Source of the DNA: Omnitrophica bacterium RIFCSPLOWO2_12_FULL_50_11
Lineage (GTDB): Bacteria; Omnitrophota; Omnitrophia; Omnitrophales; Danuiimicrobiaceae
NCBI GenBank assembly: GCA_001804315.1
Contig: MHFT01000024.1
Span: forward strand, 13,610-77,609
Length of the DNA: 64,000 nucleotides
Reading direction: 5' to 3'
Below the pieces are notes generated by a model. That model did no database searches, was not told the DNA's origin, and was given only the letters and a program-made list of their open reading frames with translations. A program made the position numbers and the translations under genes. Shown piece after piece: positions 48,024 to 58,152 of the stretch (position 1 is its first letter; the number at the start of each line of letters is the position of its first letter).

Positions 48024-49349
48024 ATGCCAATTCAGATCCTTGGTTATTTCATTCTCTTCATCGGGGTGGCGCTTGCCTTTGGCGCTTATCGCGCCGTTAC
48101 GACGGGTGAGATTGAAACGATCACCGCTGTCTTAATTCCCGCCATCCACTTTTCAGCGGGCCTTGGACTCACGTACCGCCGAGATGACAGCCGCTATCTT
48201 GCCTTTGTCCTCGCGTGTTTTTACATCCTTCTGGGGATTCTTAGTTTTCGGGGGGCGGTAAGCGCAATTCATTTTATTCCGATCGTTCCTTTAGTTGAGT
48301 TTATCCCGGATACATTTCTTAGGTGGAACGTTTCTGTCATGGCGGCGGTTTCTTTTTTTGTGTTGCCAGCGTTGGGCGCCGTCTTTCTCAACTTGAAGGT
48401 AGTTGCGGCGAACTTTGACGAGGAGCTCGAAGGACTTTTTTCTTGGAGCGCTCCCTTGCTCGTGGTGTTCGTGAGCGCTTTTCCGGTCATTTACAGTTTG
48501 CTTCTTTATGGTCGGCTCGATTTTTTTGTGGATCCGGAAGCGCGCGTTATTTTCGGGTACTCAATTTTAGGATGGGCAAGCGGCGTTTTCAGCGCTTTAG
48601 TGTTTTTGCTGCCCATTGCTTTGGCTTTTGGCTTGCGCGGCGGAGAGCGGTGGGCGTGGGTCGTTACTCTCGTGTATGGAGGTGCGTGGTGGTTTCCTTT
48701 TTTTAGGGATGGAATGCCGGCTTCGAGACTTCGTCATTTTGAGTTTCTTTTTTATGGAGCTGGGTGGACAGCTGTCGCGTTCGTCCTTCTCATCCATTGG
48801 CAGTATTTTTGGCAATACGATGCGTGGCGGGAGAAAAGGGTAGCCAAAGCGCACCGTTTGGGCAAGGTCATTTCTCAGCAAACGGAGGTTGAAACAACTT
48901 CCACATTGGTTGGAACATATGGCCCTGCGTCAGAACCTCCTCGTGACCAACCGGCGTGCGTTGGGCGCCGAAAGGTCAATAAGAAAATGATTTTCTTGGT
49001 CTTGACTTTAATTGTCATCGTGAGCGGAATTACTTTTGTCGCCGTGCGGCGCGCTGCGCCGTCACTTGTCCTGTGGTTCCGAGCGGCTTTTCAGAAGTCG
49101 ATGGAACTCACTGTGCCGAGGAACGTGCCGCCAACGGATGCGGAAACGGTCGAGAGCACCGGTCTTCAAATTCGTCTCGAAGGGACTTCGATTGATTCCA
49201 AGGGTGCTTATGCCTTGATCAACGGAGAAGTGGTTCAAATTGGCGCACGCGTTGGGGACTATCGCGTGGAAGCAATCGAACGGCACCGAGTTCTTCTCTC
49301 CAAAAATGGTAATTCCCAGTGGCTCGATAAGGAGGGCAATTTCTCATGA
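48024..49349 (+). CDS. Polytopic membrane protein of unknown function
   Basis: 441 aa, about 9 hydrophobic helices in the N-terminal 300 aa, hydrophilic C-terminal domain. Confidence 0.5.
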   Translation: MPIQILGYFILFIGVALAFGAYRAVTTGEIETITAVLIPAIHFSAGLGLTYRRDDSRYLAFVLACFYILLGILSFRGAVSAIHFIPIVPLVEFIPDTFLRWNVSVMAAVSFFVLPALGAVFLNLKVVAANFDEELEGLFSWSAPLLVVFVSAFPVIYSLLLYGRLDFFVDPEARVIFGYSILGWASGVFSALVFLLPIALAFGLRGGERWAWVVTLVYGGAWWFPFFRDGMPASRLRHFEFLFYGAGWTAVAFVLLIHWQYFWQYDAWREKRVAKAHRLGKVISQQTEVETTSTLVGTYGPASEPPRDQPACVGRRKVNKKMIFLVLTLIVIVSGITFVAVRRAAPSLVLWFRAAFQKSMELTVPRNVPPTDAETVESTGLQIRLEGTSIDSKGAYALINGEVVQIGARVGDYRVEAIERHRVLLSKNGNSQWLDKEGNFS

Positions 49350-49401
49350 GCCATTGTAGCTGCCGGTCGTAGCGGTTTTGGATTTTTCGATTTGCGCGAT
49401 T

Positions 49402-50490
49402 TCATTCAACATAAATTGGATTAGAAGCAATCCAAAGTTGATTTTTCCGGTAAACTTCTACTCTCCAGACTCCCTTTTCTGGTGACGAATAATTCAGTGC
49501 TACACCGCGCGTTTGCTTGATGACCGCGCCGTCTCGCATCAGCCGAATGTCCGCATCTAATGGAACGGCGACCGTGAAAACAATCGCGGCTTGCGACGAC
49601 ACGGTTGATCCGGGCCCGTATGATTTGCCTTCTCTTTGAGCTAGGAACGAAAAGGATTGCGCCACACCGCGACTTTCATGGGCGATGAAACTTTGTCCGC
49701 GGGCAAGCGAGTCGATCACGCTGTCTTCGTTTAAATGTTCTGCACGAACGTACATGGTGACTGCTTGGAAGTAGAGCAAATAATTTTCGAGCGCAAAGCC
49801 AGCCCATTCCCATCGAAGATGCGCGTCTGGTGATGCAAAGGCGCTCAAGCGTTTGGAACGAAGCTCGCCGTCCCAAAGCCGGAGCGCTGATCGAGGCGTT
49901 TCAATCACCGAGTTGAGAAATTGTTTCGGAGGGAAAAACGCAGCCTTTACGGTTAACTCTTTAATATCCTCCGTGTAGTAAACATCAGGGAAGCTAAAAA
50001 TTTCGATCCCCTCGATTTTTTCCACATCCCATCGCGCCCAAGGTTTTCTGACGGATAAAGGATGTGCGACAATCGGATAGCCGTGCTTCTTCCGAATCCA
50101 GTCGGTCGTTTCGTGAGCGTCCCACAGGTTAGGCGGCTCCTCTTTTACTCCTAATGCAATGACGTGTCCAGCGTCGGTTGAAATTTCACTTGCGAAGATG
50201 AGTAGTGGCAGCTTCGGCGGATTCATTTTCCGGTATGCTTCTCGGCCCTTCATCGTGTTGTGATCGGTGACGACGACAAAGTCAAGGCCTGCTTTTTGGG
50301 CCGTGCGAATAATTCGATGAAGGGAAGCTTTGGAATCGTGTGAGAATTCACTGTGGACGTGGAAGACACCTCGAAAGAGATTTGGATCGGACGAACGCGG
50401 CACCGAAAAAGCGGGCAGGCGCACCACAAAAGCACAACCGGAACAAACCAAAAGACCAACCGCTGCGAACCAGTAGAACCTGTTTTTCAT
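49402..50490 (-). CDS. PHP-domain / CehA-McbA-family metallohydrolase, secreted
   Basis: Signal peptide; FRGVFHVHSEFSHDSKASLHRIIRTAQKAGLDFVVVTDHNT is the PHP His/Asp metal motif set. Confidence 0.65.
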   Translation of the reverse strand: MKNRFYWFAAVGLLVCSGCAFVVRLPAFSVPRSSDPNLFRGVFHVHSEFSHDSKASLHRIIRTAQKAGLDFVVVTDHNTMKGREAYRKMNPPKLPLLIFASEISTDAGHVIALGVKEEPPNLWDAHETTDWIRKKHGYPIVAHPLSVRKPWARWDVEKIEGIEIFSFPDVYYTEDIKELTVKAAFFPPKQFLNSVIETPRSALRLWDGELRSKRLSAFASPDAHLRWEWAGFALENYLLYFQAVTMYVRAEHLNEDSVIDSLARGQSFIAHESRGVAQSFSFLAQREGKSYGPGSTVSSQAAIVFTVAVPLDADIRLMRDGAVIKQTRGVALNYSSPEKGVWRVEVYRKNQLWIASNPIYVE

Positions 50491-50544
50491 TCTTTTGCTG
50501 ACAAAGTTGTCCCTATTCTATTGGTTCGTTCTAGAAGTGCAAGG

Positions 50545-50935
50545 TTACTTTGGGGGTTGGGAAACTCCCCGAAGGATCAGATCCTTCAGTCGCCCTACGG
50601 GCTCCTTCAGGATGAGCAGCCGGGTGTACCTCGCAACTCCCCGACGGCTCAGTTATTTTGATCATGTTGGTCGGACTTCCTCTAAGCCTTGCTAAAGTTG
50701 ATATTTACGGGCCCGCCTTGAACTCCCTCTTATTGGCAGGTACACTTAGTTGAGTGGTCGGGGTCTTTCCCCCCGACCACTCATCCTGAGCGAAGGCCCG
50801 CATTTGGGGCCGGAGCGAAGGATCTCATTGATGAGGTGAATGAGATCCTTCAGTCGCCCTACGGGCTCCTTCAGGATGAGCCGTCGGGTGTGCTCGAAAC
50901 TCCCCGACGGCTCACTTAGTTCACAGAGGAGCGTG
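50545..50935. repeat. Cluster of family-A palindromic repeats (two to three copies) in the intergenic region
   Basis: gatccttcagtcgccctacgggctccttcaggatgagc occurs twice, with CCCCGACGGCTCA ends. Confidence 0.6.
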
Positions 50936-51042
50936 GCCAGTGTTAGCTCCGTGCCTTCCGCACCTCAAATGAAAACAGACTGGAGGTGAAATACTCACTT
51001 CCGAGAAGAAGGATCTCCTCCAACTTCTCTCAGGTTGTGGCT

Positions 51043-53310
51043 ATGTGTCCAAACACTAGGAATGGGGCGAATGATGGTTCCCCGATTCAAGTATTGCTGA
51101 TCGAAGATAATCCCCAACATGCCTGCCTCGTTGAAGCCATGCTCGCCCCAAATGGGAGAGATTCCGCGTTTGCGCTCAAATGCGAACGACGTCTTCGCGA
51201 AAGCCTCGAACATCTTGCCAAAGGAAACACAGACCTGATTCTCCTCGATCTCACTCTTCCTGACAGCAACGGCCTCGATACTTTTCTTAAACTGCAGTCT
51301 GAGGTTCCGGAGATACCGATTGTCGTTCTCACCGGTCATGATGATGAAGAAATGGCACTCGAAGCGGTTCGACAAGGGGCACAAGATTATCTCGTAAAGG
51401 GGCAAGTCGATGGAAAAGTTTTGTCGCACGTGATGCGTTATGCGATTGAGCGGAAGCGAGCAGAAGAACAGCTGCGTCAGAGCGAGCAGCGGCTGCAAAA
51501 GCACAACAAGGTATTGGTGGAACTTGCAAAGAGCAGGAATTTGGCTACCGGTAGTTTGAATCTGGCGCTTCGAGAAATCACGAAAGCAGCAGCCCAAACG
51601 CTTGACGTAGAGCGCGTTGTGGTTTGGCTTTACGATCAGGATCACAAGTCGCTTCGTTGTGCCAATCTGTATGAAAAAAGCGCTGATGCTCATTCGGAAG
51701 GAAGGCGGCTCGAAGTAACAAAATATCCGAACTATTTTCAAGCGCTAGAACAGGGTCGTTTCATCGCTGTAGATGATATTCAGACAGATGAACGGACAAA
51801 AGAATTTGTAGAAAGCGAAGCTTCTGAAAACGGCGTGCGCGCTCTGCTCGATGCCCCCATTCGCTTGGGGGGGCAGACGGTCGGGATCATCGGTCATCGG
51901 CATGTGGATGGCCCTCGAGCGTGGACGTCTGAGGAACAAAACTTCGCTGCTTCCATGGCGGACTTGGTTTCCCTTGCTATGGAGGCAAGTGAGCGCAAAC
52001 GGGCGGAGGAACGTTTGAGCCGTTTGGCTTATTATGATTCGCTGACCGGTTTACCCAACCGGACGCTCTTCATGGATCGTTTGAACCGCGCGATGATGAC
52101 AGCCCGTCAGAAACAATTGCTCCTCGCGGTCCTGTTTCTTGGCTTGGATCATTTCAAGCGCATCAATGACACCTTGGGGCATTCTGGAGGCGACGATTTG
52201 TTGAAAGCCGTAGGAGACCGGTTAACGAGTGCGCTTCGGTACACGACGGATACAGTGAGTCGGATCGGCGGAGACTTGTTTGTCGTTTTGTTAAGCGGTA
52301 TTTTGAAAACGGAAAATGCGATCAAAGTGACGGAGCGAATTACGCACGCGTTCAAAAAACCTTTTTTGGTCGGCTCGAACGAATTTTTCTTAAGCTTTAG
52401 TATCGGTATCAGTTTTTATCCGACCGATGGCCGGGATGCAACAACGCTGCTCAAGAATGCAGATACGTCCATGTTTCGGGCCAAGCAGCAGGGAAGAAAT
52501 AATTACCAGCTGTATTCGCCGTCCATGAACGCCACGGCGCTGGAACGCCTGGTTCTCGAAAACAGTTTGCGTCATGCCATAGAGCGCGATGAGTTTCGTA
52601 TCCATTATCAACCGATCGTACATCTTGCGAGCGGCGCGATTACAGCTGTAGAAGCGCTGCTCCGGTGGGAGCATCCGAACCTAGGTTTAATTGCGCCTGC
52701 GGAATTTATTCCATTGGCGGAGGAAACCGGTTTGATCGTGCCCATTGGCGAGTGGGTGTTAGATACCGCTTGCGTCCAGAACAAAGCATGGCAATCTGCC
52801 GGGTATGAGCCAATCAAGGTTTCGGTCAATTTGTCCGCCCGGCAGTTTCAACAGCCGGGTCTTGTGGAGACGGTCCAAAACGCACTCCAGAAAGCACGAT
52901 TGGATCCTAAATATTTGGAGCTCGAATTAACGGAGAGCTTGATTATGCAAAATGCAGAAACGACGGTTGAAATCCTGCGCCAGTTGAGCGATATGGGGGT
53001 GACGCTTTCCATCGATGATTTCGGGACTGGATACTCTTCGCTCAATTACCTGAAACGTTTTCCGATTCACAGGCTCAAGATCGATCGGTCTTTCGTTCAT
53101 GATTTGGTTACGGATCCCGATGACGCAGCCATTGTGAAAGCCATTATCTCGATGGCTCACAGCTTAAAACTTGATGTGGTAGCTGAGAGCGTGGAAACGC
53201 AGGAACAACTTGAGTTTTTACGCCAAAACGGCTGCGACAAAATGCAGGGTTTTATCTTCAGCCGGCCGGTTCCCTCCGAAGTGCTTACTCAATTACTTTC
53301 CCGAAAGTAA
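51043..53310 (+). CDS. REC-GAF-GGDEF-EAL signalling protein (likely c-di-GMP phosphodiesterase; GGDEF motif altered to GGDLF)
   Basis: REC: VLLIEDNPQ...ILLDLTLPDSNG. GGDEF region: YYDSLTGLPNR ... SRIGGDLFVVLL. EAL: EALLRWEHP, QPIV, SIDDFGTGYSSL, KIDRSFV. Confidence 0.8.
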   Translation: MCPNTRNGANDGSPIQVLLIEDNPQHACLVEAMLAPNGRDSAFALKCERRLRESLEHLAKGNTDLILLDLTLPDSNGLDTFLKLQSEVPEIPIVVLTGHDDEEMALEAVRQGAQDYLVKGQVDGKVLSHVMRYAIERKRAEEQLRQSEQRLQKHNKVLVELAKSRNLATGSLNLALREITKAAAQTLDVERVVVWLYDQDHKSLRCANLYEKSADAHSEGRRLEVTKYPNYFQALEQGRFIAVDDIQTDERTKEFVESEASENGVRALLDAPIRLGGQTVGIIGHRHVDGPRAWTSEEQNFAASMADLVSLAMEASERKRAEERLSRLAYYDSLTGLPNRTLFMDRLNRAMMTARQKQLLLAVLFLGLDHFKRINDTLGHSGGDDLLKAVGDRLTSALRYTTDTVSRIGGDLFVVLLSGILKTENAIKVTERITHAFKKPFLVGSNEFFLSFSIGISFYPTDGRDATTLLKNADTSMFRAKQQGRNNYQLYSPSMNATALERLVLENSLRHAIERDEFRIHYQPIVHLASGAITAVEALLRWEHPNLGLIAPAEFIPLAEETGLIVPIGEWVLDTACVQNKAWQSAGYEPIKVSVNLSARQFQQPGLVETVQNALQKARLDPKYLELELTESLIMQNAETTVEILRQLSDMGVTLSIDDFGTGYSSLNYLKRFPIHRLKIDRSFVHDLVTDPDDAAIVKAIISMAHSLKLDVVAESVETQEQLEFLRQNGCDKMQGFIFSRPVPSEVLTQLLSRK

Positions 53311-53338
53311 ATAAAAGGGGACAGTCCCCTTTTATCTT

Positions 53339-53863
53339 TTATGCTGCGATGGCGATCGTTCCACAACCGGTTCGAGCTCCCGCATTGCCTGTTGGCTGGC
53401 CAAAATCATCTTCCTTTTCGTGAACAATGACGGTTCTGCCCGCCACCGAGTACTGTCCTTTGGAAACGGACAGTCCGGGAATGAGTGTTTCAAGTTTTCC
53501 AGTGCCGTCGCTTTTAATATCGATGTTGCCGAGGTCGCCCGCATGCGCGTTTTCGAAGCCATCCGTCGCGAGGTGTCCATGTGGAACGCTATGTGGATTA
53601 TAATGCCCGCCAGCCGCTTTTGCTTCGTTTTCACAGGAACCGTATTCGTGGATGTGGAAACCGTGTTTGCCGGGAGGAACATTTGTCAAGTCGGCCGTAA
53701 TTTTGAGCGCATCTTCAGTTTCTTCGAATGTCACTTCTCCAGATACGAGCGAGCCGTCTGCAGTTCCTCGAATGGCTGCTACCGCGCGCTCAGCCCTGAC
53801 TTGAGAATTGGCGAGAAAAATACCAAATGTGATGAGAAGACCCACGCGAATTATTTTCCTCAT
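53339..53863 (-). CDS. sodC: Cu/Zn superoxide dismutase, periplasmic
   Basis: GFHIHEYGSC, GGHYNPH, HAGDLGNI, GARTGCGTI; signal peptide. Confidence 0.9.
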   Translation of the reverse strand: MRKIIRVGLLITFGIFLANSQVRAERAVAAIRGTADGSLVSGEVTFEETEDALKITADLTNVPPGKHGFHIHEYGSCENEAKAAGGHYNPHSVPHGHLATDGFENAHAGDLGNIDIKSDGTGKLETLIPGLSVSKGQYSVAGRTVIVHEKEDDFGQPTGNAGARTGCGTIAIAA

Positions 53864-54090
53864 TTTGGACCTCCGTTTGTGGCAAGAAGCATTGTACTCA
53901 ACTTGACCGCTTTCGACCTAAAGCGTCATCCCCTCTCCCTTTATTAAAGGGAGAGGGAAAGGGTGAGGGTTTGAAAACAAGGGAACGATCGAACCCCCTC
54001 ATCCTTTCCTTCTCCCCCTTAAAAAAGAAAGGGGGAGAAGGGATCGTGCGGTAGTTCAAAAAACGGTCGGGTTGTGCATTGTACTACATT

Positions 54091-55497
54091 TTATGCGGTG
54101 AGTCTTGTCCCTTTCCGGGTGAGCCAACGAAAGTCTTCGTCTTCCTTCAAAGCCTCGTCGTAATGAATCGACCCATTTCCGGTGATGTCGATCTCCCGGC
54201 CTACCACGAATCCATAAAGATCGCTGTTTCCGGTGTAGTCAACGTCAGCATTGGGAGCGAAAACAGCTGCGTATAGAACAGCGTTTCCACTGAGCCTGCA
54301 ATTGTCGTTGCTCGCTAAGGCGCCCGTCATAAAGATCTTCAAATTGTTAGGGGTCATGGATTGGTTGACGATGCCGTTGCCGGATAAGTCAAAGTCGTCA
54401 TCGATGTAGATCTCGGTAGCGCTGGTTAAAAGTAAAGTGGCATTTCCTGTAACGCTGAAGTCCCTGTTGATGTGAAAAGAAGCGGGACCAGACACGGTGA
54501 CGTGAGCATTACCTGAAATTCCGAAATCTTTGAAGTGATATGTGCCGGAGGGGACCGTAATGGTGTTGTTTCCGGACAGCGCAAACGAATCGCCCTGGTA
54601 AGCTACATTTCCTTGATCTGAAAGGGGGATCAGATGGTTATCGTTGGGCACGGGTGGAGCATAAACCGCCGCCTGGTAGTCATCTAAGTCGACTCCGTTG
54701 CCATCGGGGCCGGACGATCCGCTCACGGAGGCATTGCCAGTCGTTTTGAGAGAAAATCCATCCCCGTAAAGGGCATTGCCGTTAACCCGGGCATTCCCAG
54801 TCAATCTAATCCCGTAAGAACTACCACTTGGACCTAACGTATTGGAGGTATCGAGATTCCCATTGACCGTTGCGTTACCAGACATTTCGATTTGTCCGTT
54901 GCTGCAGATACCGCCGCTCGCACCGGCCGTGGCCGCGTCATAGGGACCATCGTCAGAATTGAAACTGTCGGTGTGTCCGTTGCCGCTCATCTCAACCTCT
55001 TTAATCCCAATGAGGGGTCCACAAGGGCCGGGCAGTTTGACCAGAGCAGTAGCCATAGCGGTTATGTTCGCCGTATCAACGCCGATGAACGGGGCAAAAA
55101 AGAGTTCTAACGGGTTGTCATTTTCTTCGCTTCTATGTACGGTGACTCTTACCGCGTTGGCAGTTAGCGGAGTCCCGGTTGGCGTAAAAGTTTTGTTCAG
55201 ATCGTCCCAAACTCCGATCTCTATATTCGCGTCTTGGAGAATTGTTCCGCCATCGGGATAATTGAGTTGAGCAAATTCTTGTGCTGCTGTGATCACCTCA
55301 TCTTGCGACGGGAGTTCAAGCACAGCGGCTGACGCAGAAGCGTCTGCTGTAGCTTGCAATTTGGATCTAACTAAGAAGATGTAACCCATGTCAACGGCGA
55401 GAGCCGTCAAGCCAAGAAGCGGAATCAAAAGCAGACCTGCCAGGACAGTTACTGTCCCGCGGCAATGTTTCTTCGTTCTCGTAATGTGCTTTTTCAT
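54091..55497 (-). CDS. TadE/TadG-like Flp-pilus-associated protein with [ST]GN[AG]xV beta-helix-like repeats
   Basis: The N-terminus VTVLAGLLLIPLLGLTALAVDMGYIFLVRSKLQATADASASAAV is the TadE/G-like motif; at least 11 SGNA/TGNA repeats follow. Confidence 0.65.
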   Translation of the reverse strand: MKKHITRTKKHCRGTVTVLAGLLLIPLLGLTALAVDMGYIFLVRSKLQATADASASAAVLELPSQDEVITAAQEFAQLNYPDGGTILQDANIEIGVWDDLNKTFTPTGTPLTANAVRVTVHRSEENDNPLELFFAPFIGVDTANITAMATALVKLPGPCGPLIGIKEVEMSGNGHTDSFNSDDGPYDAATAGASGGICSNGQIEMSGNATVNGNLDTSNTLGPSGSSYGIRLTGNARVNGNALYGDGFSLKTTGNASVSGSSGPDGNGVDLDDYQAAVYAPPVPNDNHLIPLSDQGNVAYQGDSFALSGNNTITVPSGTYHFKDFGISGNAHVTVSGPASFHINRDFSVTGNATLLLTSATEIYIDDDFDLSGNGIVNQSMTPNNLKIFMTGALASNDNCRLSGNAVLYAAVFAPNADVDYTGNSDLYGFVVGREIDITGNGSIHYDEALKEDEDFRWLTRKGTRLTA

Positions 55498-55797
55498 ATC
55501 AGCTACCTAAGGGGGGACAGGTCGTTGACCTGTCCCCCTGCTCAACGTCATGCGTTACAGCCAATTTTCGGAGCGCTCGGAAAATTGTGTTATTTCGATA
55601 CACACTCAAAACATCGTAAGAGTAAGTCTTATCACAACTTAAGTTGTGTACGTGTTTAGCGTCCTAACCCGCATTTCTCATCGCCAATGAGAAATGCCCT
55701 CGCAATGACGGCTGCATGAAGTGGTATGTACCCGACAGGTCGTTGACCTGTCCCCCTCCACATCAGCACGACAGCCTTAAAATGAAATCGGGTCCTC

Positions 55798-56208
55798 TCA
55801 AACGAACAAGTACGCACGCAAGTACTTCAAGAGAGAGTTCTCGTCACCGTTTGAAGATTCCGAGGCGCCCTGAATGAACAGGGCGTCTCCGATCCTGGTA
55901 CTGCTCCATCTGATCGCGCCGACCGGAAGCTCAAGGACCGAGTTGCTCGTCAAGACAATGTGCCCAATAGAATTGGGAGGAAGTGGTTCTATGAGCTTCA
56001 GCACTTTTCCATCTCGGTCCAAATAAATCACATCAAGCGGATAGCGCATTCCGATCGTATGGATTCCCTTGCAGTAAGGGATGAGCAGTCCCTCACGTTC
56101 TCCAAGCGGCGGCGATCCAATGAGGCCGCGCAGCCGTTCGGAGAGGTTTCGCGCGATCTTCAGTCGCTCGACGACGATCGAATTTCTTGTTGTATTCAGT
56201 ACCGTCAT
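55798..56208 (-). CDS. DUF192-family protein within the tad locus
   Basis: LRGLIGSPPLGEREGLLIPYCKGIHTIGMRYPLDVIYLDRDGKV fits the DUF192 (COG1430) core. Confidence 0.5.
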   Translation of the reverse strand: MTVLNTTRNSIVVERLKIARNLSERLRGLIGSPPLGEREGLLIPYCKGIHTIGMRYPLDVIYLDRDGKVLKLIEPLPPNSIGHIVLTSNSVLELPVGAIRWSSTRIGDALFIQGASESSNGDENSLLKYLRAYLFV

Positions 56209-56224
56209 AGCCAGCCCTAGTCGT

Positions 56225-57118
56225 TTATATTGGCATCGCCAAGAGTCTCCATATATGAACGAGGCTTGGCGCTAAAATGAGAATTAAGAGCACTGGAAAA
56301 ATAAAAAAGAGCAATGGAAAGATTAACTTCACAGGTGCTTTTGAAATTCGTGACTGAATCTCCTGCTTTCTCTTTTTGCGGAGTGTTGTCGCATAACCAC
56401 GGAGTGTTTTAACAAGACTGCTCCCGAGACGGTTTGATTGAAGGACCGCTCGCACGAAACTTTCCACCTCTTGGATACCACAGCGCTTTGCGAGTCCCCG
56501 AAGCGCCTCCTCTCTTGGTTTTCCCACGAGAATTTCATGGTTTGTGTACAAGAACTCGCGGCTGATGTGTGTCGACAACCGGCGCTGCTCCTCACCGATT
56601 CGAAGAAGAGCACTGTCGAAAGAAAGTCCTGCTTCAAGCGCAATGACAAACAAGTCCAGCGTATCAGGCAGATACCGCTTAATTTCCTTTCGGTGTTTGG
56701 AAATAGCCCGCATTAACCAGATTTGGGGAATAATAACAAAACCAATGCCGATAACAGTAGAAGCGATCATTGCCGTTTGAAACGTTACATGGAGAAAAAG
56801 ATACATGACGACCAAGGCGACCAAAGGGGTGACGTAACAGATTCTCCGAAGCAAAAGTGATTTTTCAAGGTCTGATCGCCTTTTGTAGCCTGCCAGGAGA
56901 AGGTTTGCTCTGAGCCGCTTGACGGAGGGAGCTTCGTCGGAGCGCTCAGAAACCAAAAGCGTTTGCGCGTCCGTTTTTTTAACCCCCTCGACGGGTATCA
57001 GTTTGCTGAGGCGTTTGGAAACAGGGCTTTCTTCCTTGAAGAAAAACTCTCTGACCGAAAGGGCTGTAAAAAATGCAGTCCAGAATGTATAGACGAACAC
57101 CAGCGCAGCACTGCCCAT
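56225..57118 (-). CDS. tadC: Flp pilus assembly inner-membrane protein TadC (T2SS F-like)
   Basis: LPDTLDLFVIALEAGLSFDSALLRIGEE is the T2SSF motif; TM helices. Confidence 0.8.
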   Translation of the reverse strand: MGSAALVFVYTFWTAFFTALSVREFFFKEESPVSKRLSKLIPVEGVKKTDAQTLLVSERSDEAPSVKRLRANLLLAGYKRRSDLEKSLLLRRICYVTPLVALVVMYLFLHVTFQTAMIASTVIGIGFVIIPQIWLMRAISKHRKEIKRYLPDTLDLFVIALEAGLSFDSALLRIGEEQRRLSTHISREFLYTNHEILVGKPREEALRGLAKRCGIQEVESFVRAVLQSNRLGSSLVKTLRGYATTLRKKRKQEIQSRISKAPVKLIFPLLFFIFPVLLILILAPSLVHIWRLLAMPI

Positions 57119-57195
57119 GAAGCATCCTCCTTACTTACCCCACACCTTTTTCCTCCCCCCGCTCTGCGGGGGGAGGTTAGGAGGGGGGGGGTTCC

Positions 57196-58152
57196 TCATA
57201 ACTCAATGTGGACGATTTTTTGGATCGTCAAGATTCCTAAAACATAACCGATGACAGAAGCCTCTAAAAGTTTCCTGCCAAGGTTATCTTTGAAAAAGAA
57301 AAGGACGTAGTCAGGTTGAATCATAAACACAAGTGCGGCTACGAAAATCGGCAAAAGGCCTAGAATAAGACCAGAAAACCTCGCCTGCGCTGTAGCAGCG
57401 CTGAGCTCCCGTCTCATTTCCTGCCGGTCTCGTATCATGCCCTCAAGATTGTCCAAAAGTTCTGCGAGGTTACCGCCCGTCTCACGTTGAAGGACCACTG
57501 CCGAGATGAACAACCTCAGTTCCGGCGTATCCACATGACTCAAAATTCCTTTTAGCGCACCTTCGAAGTTTTGCCCAACTTCAATGGAGGATAAGACCTT
57601 TTCAAACTCAACGGAAAGGATGTCGCGACCTTCACCTATGACGGTTTGGATCGCCATTTGCAGACTATGTCCTGCTCTTAAGGAGCTGGCCATGAGATCG
57701 ATTGCGTCAGGAAATCGATCCGAAAACTTTTTCCTTCTCCGATTCCGCTTCCAGATGACGACCAAGGAGGGCAAGACGCCGGCGGCCAGAGCGGAGGGAG
57801 CGGCGAACCCAACGTGGACACCTAGAGCCACGATAAAGAGAAAAGTAAGGAGACCGAGGAGCGTTGAGAAGAGAATAAAACTTCCGATGAAAATTGAAAG
57901 GCCCGCCTGGCTCAGGCAATCTTGAAGTCTCTTTAGCGGAGCAATTCGTTTCAGAAATTGGTCGAGGAAAGGGAGGTCGATCAGCCGCCTTTTCCTCTCA
58001 ATTTGAAGGGGCGTCAGGGTGACGTCGCCGGCTTTCACCCGGTCGATCAGCTTTGCTCGTACCTCCTTTTCCTCAGCGCGGATCAGCTTTGAAACGCTTA
58101 GGGCGAGAAAGAAAATAAATAGGAAGGAAAAAATGCTTGCGGCAAGAATCAT
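57196..58152 (-). CDS. tadB: Flp pilus assembly inner-membrane protein TadB (T2SS F-like)
   Basis: FPDAIDLMASSLRAGHSLQMAIQTVIGE; three TM helices. Confidence 0.8.
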   Translation of the reverse strand: MILAASIFSFLFIFFLALSVSKLIRAEEKEVRAKLIDRVKAGDVTLTPLQIERKRRLIDLPFLDQFLKRIAPLKRLQDCLSQAGLSIFIGSFILFSTLLGLLTFLFIVALGVHVGFAAPSALAAGVLPSLVVIWKRNRRRKKFSDRFPDAIDLMASSLRAGHSLQMAIQTVIGEGRDILSVEFEKVLSSIEVGQNFEGALKGILSHVDTPELRLFISAVVLQRETGGNLAELLDNLEGMIRDRQEMRRELSAATAQARFSGLILGLLPIFVAALVFMIQPDYVLFFFKDNLGRKLLEASVIGYVLGILTIQKIVHIEL

